The notes under the pieces: model-generated | Databases searched by the model: none | What the model was told of the DNA's origin: nothing | The model's input: the letters and a program-made list of their open reading frames with translations, nothing else | Shown: positions 41,565-55,300 of the stretch, one piece after another | Numbering within the stretch: position 1 is the stretch's first letter | Layout of the letters: each line of letters opens with the position of its first letter | Assembly: GCA_002245135.1 (NCBI GenBank) | Contig: NGBS01000873.1 | Coordinates: forward strand, 124,001-188,000 | Source: Proteromonas lacertae | Taxonomy: Eukaryota | DNA length: 64,000 bases | Direction: 5' to 3' | Translations under genes and position numbers: made by a program

Positions 41565-41684
41565 TAAAAAGTTATAATATGATATTATAAATCATTTTTG
41601 TTTTTTATAATAAATTTTAAATGTATATTTGTATAACAAAATACATAAGATAAATAGATAAATATATATATTTCTATAATAATT

Positions 41685-44181
41685 CTATAGAAAATCATCA
41701 TCATCACCAAAGTCATCATCCAAATCCTCTTCTTCATCTTCTTCTTGTTGATTCTCATCATTATCTTCCTCAACATTTGGTAATTCTGTAATTCCACCTT
41801 CTGTATTTCCATTTTGATGATTTGATATTTCATCTGGAGATTCTCTTAAAAAGTCATCATCACCACCATCTTCTTCTTCTTCATTATTGTTTTCAACCTT
41901 TGAAGGATTTTCAGAATGTAAATTCATCATCATTATCTCCAAATGTATCTGTAGATGGTTGTTGTTCAAATTCTGTTTCTTGTTTTGATTGTTCTTCATT
42001 CTCTTCTTCTTTTGAAGGTTCTTCTTCTTTGTTATTTTCAATTTCAACTTCTTCTTTATGATGGGTTTTCAGATGCAAATTCATCATTACTGCTTTGTTC
42101 ATGTTCTTCATCCTCTTTTGTTAATTCTTCTTCTTTATTTTCTTCTTCTTCATTATTGTTTTCAACCTTTGAAGGATTCTCAGAAATAAAATCATCATCA
42201 TTATCTCCAAATGTATCTGTAGATGGTTGTTGTTCAAATTCTGTTTCTTGTTTTGATTGTTCTTCATTCTCTTCTTCTTTTGAAGGTTCTTCTTCTTTGT
42301 TATTTTCATCTTCAACTTCTTCTTTTGAAGGATTCTCAGATGCAATTCACCAACGTGTCTGTAGATGGTTGTTGTTCAAATTCTGTTTCTTGTTTTGATT
42401 GTTCTTCATTCTCTTCTTCTTTTGAAGGTTCTTCTTCTTTGTTATTTTCAATTTCACTTCTTCTTTAGATGGTTTTCAGATGCAATTCATCATTATGCTT
42501 TGTTCATGTTCTTATCTCTTTTGTTATTCTTCTTCTTTATTTTCTTTTCTTTTATTGTTTTCAACTTTGAAGATTTCAGAAATAAATATCATCATTATTC
42601 AATGTATCTGTAGATGGTTGTTGTTCAATTCTGTTTCTTGTTTTGATTGTTCTTCATTCTCTTCTTCTTTTGAAGGTTCTTCTTCTTTGTTATTTTCATC
42701 TTCAACTTCTTCTTTTGAAGGATTCTCAGATGCAAATTCACCAAACGTGTCTGTAGATGGTTGTTGTTCAAATTCTTCTTGTTCTAATTGTTTTTCTTGT
42801 TCTTCTTCTTTTTTATCACCTTCTACTGAAGCTATACTTGGCTGTGCATCATACAAATCCTTCTGACTTAGACTAGTAGTATTGGCTATATGACTATATT
42901 TAGAATAATCAGTTTCATAAGATGGTTGTACTGACACAGATTCATTTTGACATATGAATTCTTTCAATTGTGTTGAATCATATTCACTAATACTTCCATA
43001 TTGACCAAATACTGGTATTTCATCACCATCTTCATATACTTTATTAACATCATTATTCTCACTAAGTTTAGTTTCATTCGGTTTTTCTTCATTCTTCTTT
43101 TCTTCATTTTGTTGTTCTTCTTGTTGTTTTTGTTTCTTAACATAATTACTACTTCTTCGTTTATATGACTCTCTCTTCTTATTCTTATCAACTGAAGGAG
43201 GTTGTGGTTGTTGTTCCTCTTCTGCCTTTGATGTTCTTTTTATTGATCGTTTATTATGAGGCGTATGTTCAACTGGTGGTTTAGAATCTGGTGGATGTGG
43301 CTGTTGTTGTTGTTGTTGTTGTTTTTGTTGTTGTTGTATTGCTAATTCTACTTCATCTTCTCCATTATCTTCAGATATTATACCAGTTGGATTTTCTCTA
43401 TTCTCTTCTAATGGAGGTAATTGTGCTTTATTTAATACAGGCTAATATATATAATTATAAATAAGATATATATATACAGATAATAATTCTGAATCTTCTT
43501 GAGTAATAAAACAATTATCACTTGTATGTTGTGATCTCATTAATGATCTTTTTGATTCTCTACTCATTGATCTTTGCTTTCTTTTCTCTTTTATTTCTGA
43601 AGGTGATAAAGGTGTTTTTGGACTATTTATTACACTACTTCGTGCACTACTTACTGTACTCATTGCACGATACTATTTTATTGTTATTAAAAATAAATTT
43701 ATACTGTTCTTTCATATCTTCTTCTCTCTATTTCTAATAATTGTTTTCTTTTTTCATCTTGAGCTATTTTTTTCTCTGTTGCTTCTTTATGTCTTTGTTC
43801 TGCAGTTCTTGCCATTTCCTATGGTTTAGAATTATTATAATAACCCTATACTATTTTATGTGTTGTTGTTGTAATTGTATTGTCTTTCCATAATCGATAC
43901 ATCAGAAATCCTGAAAATCTATTCAAATAGTAATTTAAAATATTAATACGATGAATTCTTACCATACCATGGCCTAGGAGCATTTAAATCAACTTCTGGT
44001 GGTCTTGGAACTGGATTTCCATTTTCATCATAATCCTCTTCCTATTAATAAATAATAAAAAATAATTATACTTCAATTCCAATGTCTGCAGCACATAATG
44101 GAGTAGTATGAGTAATATATGGTAACTAAATCAATAAAGAGAAATATATACTTTCTTCAAAATATCCATAGATTGCCACAT
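41685..44181 (-). CDS. Hypothetical protein with coiled-coil/Q-rich middle and acidic tandem-repeat C-terminus
   Basis: ATG 44181, short introns, then E/D-rich repeats EQQPSTDTFG…SENPSKEE…; many frameshifts within the repeat. Confidence 0.55.
41870..42780. repeat. Coding tandem repeat with alternating long and short units
   Basis: gtagatggttgttgttcaa recurs at ~41951, 42218, 42361, 42610 and 42753. Confidence 0.9.
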
Positions 44182-44318
44182 TTTGATTTGTGGTTGCTAA
44201 ATGATTAAAAACAATAAAATATAAAAAAAACTGTTTATAATTCAAACTATCGGCTTGATTATCTATTTTGAATAAAACAAGAAAATAAGAATAATAATTC
44301 ATATCTATTTATATAATT

Positions 44319-47098
44319 CTATTTTTTGTTTAATTTAGCTGCACATTGTTTCATTTTATTTTTGAGCTTTGAAGGATTGCTAACCATTTCAATAATTTCT
44401 TTAATTTCCATGTCTAATAACATTCCAGTAATTTGTGGAGCTTTTTCAGGATATTCATTAAATACAGAATAATATAGTTTTTCACTTAGTTCTTTCTTTT
44501 TATCTTCTTCTTCTTTTGCCTTTTCAATTAAAGATCTTGATAATGGTTTACTTGACTGCTGTTTAGTTGGTTGCATTTTATTTGATTCTTTCTGATTAAA
44601 AGTTACTAAATCAGCCCAGGTATGTTTTTGTTGTTGATGCGGTATATCATTCAATTTTTCTTCAACAGTATAATTAATACGATTTTTAGATAAAAGTGAT
44701 AATGTTTCCTGAATCTTTCTTTTTAGAATATCAGGATTATCAATCATCTTCATAATATCAGGTATTTTCATATCTAATAATATACTAGCAATCTTTGGTG
44801 CTTTCTTTGGTAGAGTTTCAGATATTTTTTCATACAAATAATTACCTAAAACATCCTTTTGTTCATTAATAGTTATACAGTTTACTATTAATGATTGAGA
44901 TAAAGATTGTTGTCTTTGAGGTTGAGGTTGTATAGAAGGAGGTATTGGTTGTTGTTGTTGCTGCTGCTGCTGTTGTTGTTGCTGTTGTTGCATTGGTAAT
45001 CGTAATGGTGATATTACAATACCTTGACGAATAATTGGTTGTGGTTGTGATGATGTTTCCTTTTCATCTATTGGCATTCCACTACCAGAAGATGTAGAAG
45101 ATGATTGCAATTTCTCTTCTGTAATACTACTAAATTCATCAATTAATTGTTGAATTCTATTATCCAACATATCAGGAGTATCAATTATTTTAAATATCTT
45201 AGACATTTCATTTCTAATATTCTCAGTTATCAATTAATATCTTCCAGTTATGCGATAATACTACAAAAAATTTCTTTTGTAAACGGTTATTAATATATTT
45301 TCTAATTTTTCTCTTTTGATTATCAACTGTTTTACTCTTACCAATAATTGATTGAGATAATGTTTGGGGAGGTAATACTATCATTTCTTGTGCTAGTGGC
45401 TGTTCTCTTATTAGGATTTTTGGTGGTTGTGGCATATCTATCATTGATCTATTTGATCTACTTATATATTTTACAATACAAAATGGTTTTCCTCCAAATG
45501 ATAAAGGTTTTCCATTCAAACTCTCAACTATATTTACAGCTTGTTCATTTGTTTCAAAACATACATATCCATACCCTTTATCAACTTTAATACTTTCTAC
45601 ATTACCACCATGATTCTTAAATAAGCTTATTAAATCATCTTTTTCCCATGTTTTTGGATAGAATTTAAAATAACAATTTCTCCATGTATTTTTATTATCT
45701 TCAGCTTCCTTTTCATTATTTTCCTTCATATTATCTAATAATGATAAACATTCTCTGATTTTCATATCAAATATGGGTGGATTATCAATCATAAATAATA
45801 TTTCTGGTAATTCCATTTGTATCAACATATTACTTATATCGTTTGCTGCATATGGATGAAGTTTGTGTATTTTTTCATATATATACTTCTTTACAACATT
45901 CAGCTGTTCTTCCATTGTTTTAGCATTTGCTAAAATTGAATGAGAATGTGATGGTGATAATGACTGTAATGTGTATGACATATTCATTACTTCAACATTT
46001 ACTTTATTTAATTTTTCACTATTTATCACATTATTTATATCTTTAATTTTTTCTTTTAATAGTGAAGGAGTATTGATGAGTGATATTAAATCAGATATTT
46101 CCATTGACGATAAACTTTTAACTATTTCTTCACTATTTTCTAGATGTAATTTATCAACTGTTTCTTTTATATACTGATTAAGTATTTTCTTTTTTTCTTC
46201 TATTGTTTTACAGCAGAATACTGATTGAGATAAATGTTGTTTCTGTATATCTACATTTATTTCTATTTTCAAAAATATTAATTATATTATATTATACTAT
46301 CTAATTCAGCTTTCAAATCTTTTAATGTTATTCGATTGGATGGAATAAACTGTAACATTTTCTTTAATACACTATTGTATATCTTTGAATCATTACATCT
46401 TAATTCGTAATATACACCTTCTGATATATTTTTTATAGTTTTCTCTATTGATTCTCCTTTAAATGCGTGTTTTTTACTCAATATATAGTAATATATACAT
46501 CCTATACTCCAAATATCACTTTTATCAGTAATTAGTTTATTTGCAATTGTCTCAGGACTCATATATGCTATTTTATCTTCAGATAATACGATGTTTTTAC
46601 CATAAAGTGAATTCTTACAGTAATCAGCAATTCTTATTGTATTTTCGTCAATAAAAATATTATTAGGGTGAAGATTTCCATTCACAATGTTCTTTCCATG
46701 TAAACTCAAATTACAATCACATATGGACATGAATGTATCTAATATATTATCTTCATTGAAGAAATTTAAGGCACTGACTGATGAGAGAGAGTGTGGATAT
46801 TCATACATTTCTAATAATACATACTCATCGTATGCATAAATTTTATCATATTCAGCAAGTGTCTCTATACCTAATTTCTTGATTTGTTGAATTAGCCTTA
46901 AATACTTGATATAATTCGTTTTACTTACATCTTTTATATTTATTTTGTTGAATCTTCTTTTCGCATTAGTCACAATATCATAAACACTGTAAGATTTACC
47001 TTCAACCTCTTGAATTGACTATTAAATAATAAATGGAGATATACTGAGTATTGAAAATTATTTTGTAATAACACAGGAAGATTATTTGCTTCAGACAT
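44319..47098 (-). CDS. Pseudokinase + multiple MLLE (PABC) domains + RRM
   Basis: Kinase-like exon (NGNLHPNNIF, ADYC, YMSPE, SDIWSIGCI) splices in frame (intron ~46263-46295) to MLLE-like repeats (LGNYLYEKI…APKIASILLDM; APQITGMLLDM) and an RRM (KGYGYVCF). One frameshift or intron near 45240. Confidence 0.72.
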
Positions 47099-47552
47099 TC
47101 AATGTGAAGTTCAGTGGGTATAATAATTTTGGCTAAAATAAAATCCCCAAAATCTTTTAAAATACTTTATTTCTCGTTTTATTCACAACTAAATATCAAT
47201 ATCACTCTATTTACATGATCTGTACACCTGCATTATAGTCTCTGTATAAAATAATTTAATAGTTTTAGACTTGTATTCTTTAAAGTCCTAATACTAACGA
47301 ATATAAATATTGTCATTAATTCTGTAAATAACATTCAATAACAATCATCTAATCTAATCATAAAACCATTCATCTTGTATGTTTAAGTATTTACAACTTA
47401 GAATTATATGCAAAGCTAAAGCATTAGTATTATATTTCATCTTTAATTCTTAAAAGTCTTATAAAATCAACTTTCTTTAAATAGCTGGTGCAAAAAATTA
47501 GGATGAATTTAACCCCATAATTTTATCAGTTATTCTTTTTCTTCAAGATAGT

Positions 47553-48706
47553 ATGTCTACCGATAGAGAAACGTATGGAATTCGTTTTATTTAATTATTT
47601 AATAGCAAAATGAACAATATGAAAAATAGTAGCCGCAATGAGTCAAAAGAATGTATAAAAGTCTATTTATATCCATTTTAATTAGCATATACATTTCGTG
47701 GAGTACGAGACAAAGGGAATAGAAGTTCTGTATTTATATTCTGTTTAATTGTTTGTAATAGCAAAGACTTAGCAGAAGATTTGATATAGACCCAAGCTCA
47801 AGTAAACCCTCATGGCTTTGCGATGAGTTAGCAACTGCAGATGGTATATTTTATAACTTTTTTAAAACTCATTTATAAAATATAGATTGTCAGTTGATTG
47901 ATTTAGGTAAAAAAGCATTTCTTAAGCATAAAACTATTAAGAAAATGCGTAGATCCAATTCGACAAACACACTATACCTAAAAGATGAAATTGATAAATT
48001 TGATAATCGTCAGCTGTTACATTGTATAGCTGTTGTATTACACCAACTAATGGAAAATGCATCCAATCCAAAATTATCTCAAAATACCGAATATGAGTTA
48101 TTCAATCAAATGTATCCAGATGCCCCTCCATCTTATTCAACTAAAGTTCCAGTAACTTCAATAGATGATATATGGAATTTTTTACTCAAATTATCAGAAA
48201 AAGCACAATTAGAAAGTGAATGCATCGTAATGTCAATTATATATATCGAAAAGTTCTTAGAATGTACAAAAGGATTAATGCCATTGAGATGGTATAATTG
48301 GGCAGCTCTAGTAGTGGTTAGTTTTATGTTAGCTTCAAAAGTGTGGGATGACTTCAGTATGTGGAATTGCGACTTTAGTGCCATTTGTCCATTTTTAGAT
48401 TTGAAACGACTAAATAAATTAGAGTCAATGTTTTTGAATTCTGTTCATTTTGATGTTAGAATTACTAGTAGTACTTATGCTAAATATTATTTCAAATTAC
48501 AAACAATGCTTGATTTACCTGATGATTATATCACCGTATATAACTCTCCAGTTGCTGTTGATAAAAGAATTGAAGAAATGAAGAATAGTTCGATAATGAA
48601 TAGAGGTAAAAGTAGTGATATGGATTTAATAGGAAAAAGAAAAGTTAGTATTCCCAAAGTATCATTAGAAGAATATATATCAGCAAGAAAAAAATCAACT
48701 CACTAA
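47553..48706 (+). CDS. CCNY: Cyclin Y-like cyclin
   Basis: RRSNSTNT, AQLESECIVMSIIYIEK, LASKVWDDFSMWNCDF and YAKYYFKL; several tiny 5' exons, start uncertain. Confidence 0.85.
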
Positions 48707-48868
48707 ATCTATACTTTGGTGGTGATTGTAAGTAACAGAGACGAATAGTAATGATAAATTTTAATTTTTTGATTATATTATATGTGATTCTATTATGAGT
48801 TTATTGAGAAAAGTGAAAAAACAGGAATTAAACATCAAACATTTGTCATTCGTATTTTGATTTTTAAA

Positions 48869-49253
48869 ATGGTATTTTTGTCATTTTTATCTCAATAGTC
48901 GAACAAAAGAAACATTTTGGATTTAAAAAAGAATATGGATAAATTGGTTAGAATAAAGATGCAAGGAGGAAGAGAAGGTATAACATTTTTATTTATTTTA
49001 GTTGTTGGATTGCTCAAAGGGTATGATGACTTAGCAAATATTGTATTACATGATACCATTGAATATTTAAGAGGTAAATATCAATTTTTATGTTATATCT
49101 ATAGATCCTTCAGATCCTTACAACATAACCGATGAAACAAGAAAATTGGGTGTTGTTGTATTGAGAGGACCATCATTAATGATGGTAACACCAATGGAAG
49201 GTTATGAAGAAATTGATAATCCTTTCTTAACTAACAATGAAGAAAATGAGTAG
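48869..49253 (+). CDS. LSM7: Sm-like protein LSm7
   Basis: Three short introns; ILDLKKNMDKLVRIKMQGGREVVGLLKGYDDLANIVL…YLRDPSDPY…TRKLGVVVLRG…GYEEIDNPF. Confidence 0.92.
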
Positions 49254-49345
49254 ATCTGTTATAAAGATAATTATTTATTTATAAGAATTGTTGAGTTGGT
49301 ATATTTTAAAAAGATCAAACTTATTTATTTGGCTTGGATCAACAA

Positions 49346-52300
49346 ATGTCGTTTCTGTTTTTCTCACTTATCTGTTTGTTACCGATTTATGCTAATGTGT
49401 GTAACAACCTAAAGTTTATCATGGATACAAGTGACACTGATATGACTGATTTGATAGAATCTATTTGTGGGATGTATTATGATAGTGTCACTTTAGATAT
49501 AACAGTGTTGTCACCACCTGATATAACCACTTTAGAGGTGGAATTTAAAAAATCTCAAAAAATTGGAAAAAACGTAATTGTGAGTAAATTGAAGTCTTTT
49601 GACAAAGTAGAAGTTGAATCTCTCGCTAAGAAATACAATATAATAGTTTGGGATGCTAATCTTAAGACAGATAACACTTGTCTTACCAATGTTGTTGAAG
49701 GTTTTGGTGGTTGTGTAGCAATTGCATTTGGATTGTCGGTAATTCATTATTCATATTCAAAATCAATTGTTGTATATGATTCTTCTTCACCTATATCAGC
49801 TTGTAGTGAACAGATTTATAATTATTTATTGTATGAAGGTTATCCTGGTCCAGAGCTTATAAAAGCTGAAGATCATACAGCCATAGATGATGTAGTTACT
49901 GCATATAAAGATGAAGCTGATACTATCGTATTGAATTTCTTAACTGGTGGAGTAACAGGAAGTAATTCTGAATACTTGTTCAGTCAAAGAGCTACTCAGA
50001 CAGGTCAATTTAATATTATATCATTTCATAATGTAAAAGGTCAAGAATTACTAGCTTATACCAATCCTAAAGATAGTTTGATATTATCAGAAGCATTATT
50101 ACAAATTGATATAGCTGGAAGAAAGGAATATTTAGATATTGATAAGTTTATAATGTATTAATTATATATATATATATAATTAAATAGGGTTCAATTTATG
50201 TTATTACTAATTGATATAGGCATGAATACTGGAGAAAAAGATTTATCAAAAATACATGCATTAGTGGCAGGTACAAGATATGAATTAAATGGAGAAGAAA
50301 TATTGTTATTACCAAACTTATCTCTTTCTGGAGATGTATATTATAGTAAAGTAGTAGAGGATAGTACTGGAACTATGATTTTAGAATCTATTAGTTTCTT
50401 TCCAAGAGGTTCATCAATACCTTACGTAGATATATATTCGAATCCGTATGAAAAAATATGTGATGTAACAGTCAATACTGAAGGAGAGTTTAGACCTTCT
50501 AGCTACTACTTTATTATATTGACTTATATGTCTGGTTTTTATTTAACATTTGATAGACCAATTAGAAACTGTGTAGAAGCTGCAGTTACATTATTAAACA
50601 ATGAAGTATAATAATCTATTATCATTATAAATGTGAATAGTTATCAATATTGGGTGAAAGAATATATGCAATTCCAATAGATGCAAATGATACACCAAAG
50701 AATATAAGTGATAAGATTATGGACAAATTTGAAAATTTCAATGTTATTGGGATGGTTACAACACAGGAATTTAGTGATTTTGAACAGTTGTTAGATGTTG
50801 CAAATAGTTCAATATTTGATGTAAATCTTTATTACTTGAATATTGTTCCAAATGAAATTTGTACTAGCAGTTATTATTTCAGTGGTTTAAATGTCGCTAA
50901 TATGTGGAGAGAAACAAAATCGTATTTCAATCCAACAAATATTGTTTTGATTGGAAATATAGGAACGTATTTTTACATATTTAATTATATTCTATTCTAT
51001 AGACTATTCAAAAATGCTTTAATATATATTGAAGATGACTGTAATTTAAATGATATTAATATCAGAGGAAGATATACAATGGATAGTCTATCATCTCAAC
51101 ATGCATTAAACGCTTGTAATGAGATAGAATCAGGATGTAAAAACTATGACGACTGTCTTATAGTTGTTATAACAGAAAGACAATATTTACAGATGTTTTA
51201 TGAAGAGTATTATACAAGACATTTCCCATATAAGATTTTGAATTTCAACTTGGATGAAGCAATGATTAATGTTAATAAAACACTTGTATTATATATATAT
51301 AATATTCATTATTTTTATGTTTATATAGTATGAAGGATCTTATGTGATTGGTTATTATTTTGATTCAATGGAAGGTGATAATAGTTATGATGATGAAATA
51401 AGAAATTATTTTAATAGTCCTTCAACTACAGTTAGAAACACTTATATTACTTCAACTGCTGCAATAGGATATACTCAAGTTAGGTTGTTTGCTTTAGCTA
51501 TTGATATAGCTAGAAAAACAGATAAAGATTCAATAAAGAATACAATGCAATATACTACCTATTATGGTCCAGGTGGTTTAATATATGGAAGTTCACAAGG
51601 TTATAATAGTTTTGCTGCACATGCTGGAATAGTATATACATATATTGTTCAATTTTTATTTATTTTAGGTTAAAGATGGAAATATTACAAGGTTACATAC
51701 TGCCTATTATGTTGAAAGAACAAATGCATTTGGTTTGTACAATATATCATGTGATTGGATTAATGAAATTCAATCTGTTAAAGAAAGTAAATATGTTATA
51801 TTTTTGTATGTAAGAAATCACTATACTGAAGAAGATGTTAATGATTATATATTAACAGGTCAATATGCTATTGAATATATTAATAATCAACATGATGGTG
51901 TTGCAGGATATAAACTAAGAGCAATCACTCCATACTTAACATCAGTAGAAGAGATGGTTCAATATGTGAAAAATACTATGAATGATAAAGATGTATTAGT
52001 ATATGTTGGAACATTAGCAGTCGAAGAAAGAGAAGCTATTCATAGCTTATTAGAAGAATCTAATAAACTGTTGTTAAGTATTCATCCAGCAGAAGGAAAT
52101 CAATGTTATCAGAATATTCTACAAATATCTTTTTTTTTTAATGCTGTTTATATTTTATACTTTGTTATCTTTAATGTAATTGTTTTTACTTTGGAAGATT
52201 ACCTCAGCATTATGCATTCTCAGTGTTAGCATATTCATATCAATTCCTTAGAAAATGTCTAATAATATATGATGATTTGCATTATAGTGAACATGTAGCT

Positions 52301-55300
52301 AATTTCACATTAGAATATACAAAGAATATTAGAACATTAGAATGTATTGCAGTAGAAATTAGTCATACCACTAATCTCACTGAATTTGTCAATAATACTA
52401 TCTATGAAGGATATCCTGATGGTGTTATAATATTAACAATTGTCAATCATATAACTGAAGATTTATTATATGAATTAAGAGATGCTGATAAAACTAAATA
52501 TATGATTACTATATTGGATCATATAGAGTATAAGTATTCAAATAGCAAACACAACGAAATATATGAAGGTGTTTATTATGTTACATCTTATACATATAAG
52601 ACATTATATGAGACAAATCAAGTTACAATTAGTATAACAGAATCATTTTATGGAAAACCTGAAGATCTAATGACTGATTCATCAATTACCCTTTACTCTG
52701 CTTTGAGATTATTAGATGCAGCTTACAGTGAAGATGTTAATCAAATGAGATATAATATGTATGAAAAAACAGTCGATACTCCACTAGGTGATGTAGAAAT
52801 GACAAGTGCAAATATGTTGAAGATATATTTCTTTTTGATGAGATTCGAGAATAATAATGAGAATATCATATTAGAATCAGAATATAGTTATGAAGAGAAT
52901 CAATTTTCAAGTACATTAAATGGAAAGCATCTGAAATGTCATTTTGAAGAAGGAGCTAAAGCACCGTCAATACAGGAAGAGGAAGTATATGAAATTGGTG
53001 TATGGTTAGAAGAAGATGAAAGTGTTAGATTTTCATTAGAGGAGTATTATTATTATGTTAATAGTAATGGTGGAAATGCTGGTATAAGATTTGTATATAT
53101 ATTATTTCATTTATTTTTTTACTTTTTTTTTTAATTAGGTATTAACATCGTATTATTGTAATGAAACTGATCAATTAATTGAATTAATCATGAAAGATGG
53201 TGTTGATTATATATTATCATTATGTGATGATGAAGTTCATCATAATTTATCAAATACAATAAATGAAAATAACATCACAGTATTTGCACTACAAGACCAA
53301 TATGAGTTTATGTGTGAGCCAAATATGTATATATATATATTATCATATTATTTATTTTCTTTATATATAGTGTTACAATTGGTTCATCTCCATCTCAAAG
53401 AATTATTCCATTAATCGAGTATTTATTTACTCATCATGAAACATCAGTTTATGTTATTATGCCATCTCATTATGATCCATCAATTGAATTGGATTTACTT
53501 TTATCTACCATTGAAGTGCATGGAGGAGATTTAATTAAAACACTGTTTATTGATGAAGATAATGAAACAATTTATGATGAAAATATCAGAAAAATTGGAG
53601 ATTTTGTTTCAAGTGTTCATCGTTATACACCTGATGGTGGAATTATATTAAACTATTTATATACTCTTACAGAATATGTATATCAAGCAATGTATCAAAT
53701 ATTACAGTTAAATGAAGTTCCACCAGATGAAATGTCTTTACAATTTCCAATTGTCACAATGGAGTATGATAGTTTATCAAAAATAAATATTACATATATG
53801 GATAGTCAATTTGCATTAGCAATAAATCATCTTTCAAAAGATATAAGTGAATTTTTATATGGTTTAAGTGAAAGTACATATGGTAAAGATAATGATTTAA
53901 GTGTTTTAGAAGGAAGAGCATTAATTACAAGTGAAATTATCTATACTGTAATAATTGGATTGCAGAAGAGTGAATATAAAGATTTATTATCATATGTTCA
54001 TAAAACTAATTTCACTACTTCATTTGGTGAAATTCATATTACTGAAGATAATTATTTACCTGCTATTGTTTCATTATATCAATCAGATAGATATAAAAGA
54101 ACAGCAAAAAGAATAGTACTTTCTCAAGCATGGCCAGGTGAAATATATAGAGAATCATTTCAAAACACAACTCTATTTGATGTTTGTAATGTGACAAAAG
54201 CATTAGTTGAGCCAAAAAGAAAAGATGGAACAAACCCTGCAAGAGTAAGTAGAAAATCACTAAATATTGTGTTGTTTGTTCCATTATCTGGATTATTAAA
54301 GATTCCAGGTTATGACATGTTGTTAGGTTATTTGGCTGTAATTGATTATTATAATAAAGAAATGACTGATGATAGTAGATATCTAAATCCAATAGTTATT
54401 GATACAAAATTGAGTTATGAAACTCCATTAGAAGAGATTCCTTTAATGAGAAGCAAATACCATACATTATTAGCATTTGGCATGGATAGAAGTGAAAATA
54501 GAATGAAAGTAATTGAAGCACTTGAAGATAATAATGTTATTTTATTCTATCCAAGAGATTTTGAAGGTTATGAATGTAAAGAGAATATTATATATACTGG
54601 TGTTCCATTCTCTGCTAAATTGCCATATTTGTCATGGATATTAGGCAATTTAGGTACAAAGATCTATATAATCTATACTGATAAGTATGGTAATAGAATA
54701 ATACAACAAATGGTTGAACATGATATGTTTTTAAGAGGCTATTCAATTGCTGGATTTACCAGAGTTCCACAATTGAATTATATGTTGAGTCAAGCTATTA
54801 ATCAAATTAGAGAAACCTTAAAGACTGGTGGAGTTATTATCTCGTATTTAGAAGGATCAGCAGGTTTGGAATTCTTTAAGTTAATGTATGAAAATGGTCT
54901 AACTTCTGATTTATATCATATTGTTGCTGACAATTTGGATTTGAGTAATTTGAATAGCGAATATGCAAAGTATATGGAAAATCATTATATATGGAATACT
55001 TTTTCAAGAGATGGTTATAGTTTAGAACCATTTACTAAACTCTTTAATCAGAAATTTACATTCATTAGTAGTGAATCACAAGGATATGTTCCTTCATCTT
55101 TATCAATTGTAATATTGGCAGAAGCAATGAAAATGGCAAAATTCAATTTTAGTAATGAAGTTCCATATACATTCCATGATGTGTTAGATGCAATTCATTC
55201 TGTTAGTACAAGTGAAATAAAGGTATATTCTGATAATTATATATCGTTTACACTTGTTATGCATAAAGTAGTTAAAGGTAAAGATGGTCGAATATGTTGG

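Noticed and set aside
41870..42780. Repeat array as CRISPR
   Set aside because: Eukaryotic context; units are long, coding and lack unique spacers; no cas genes.
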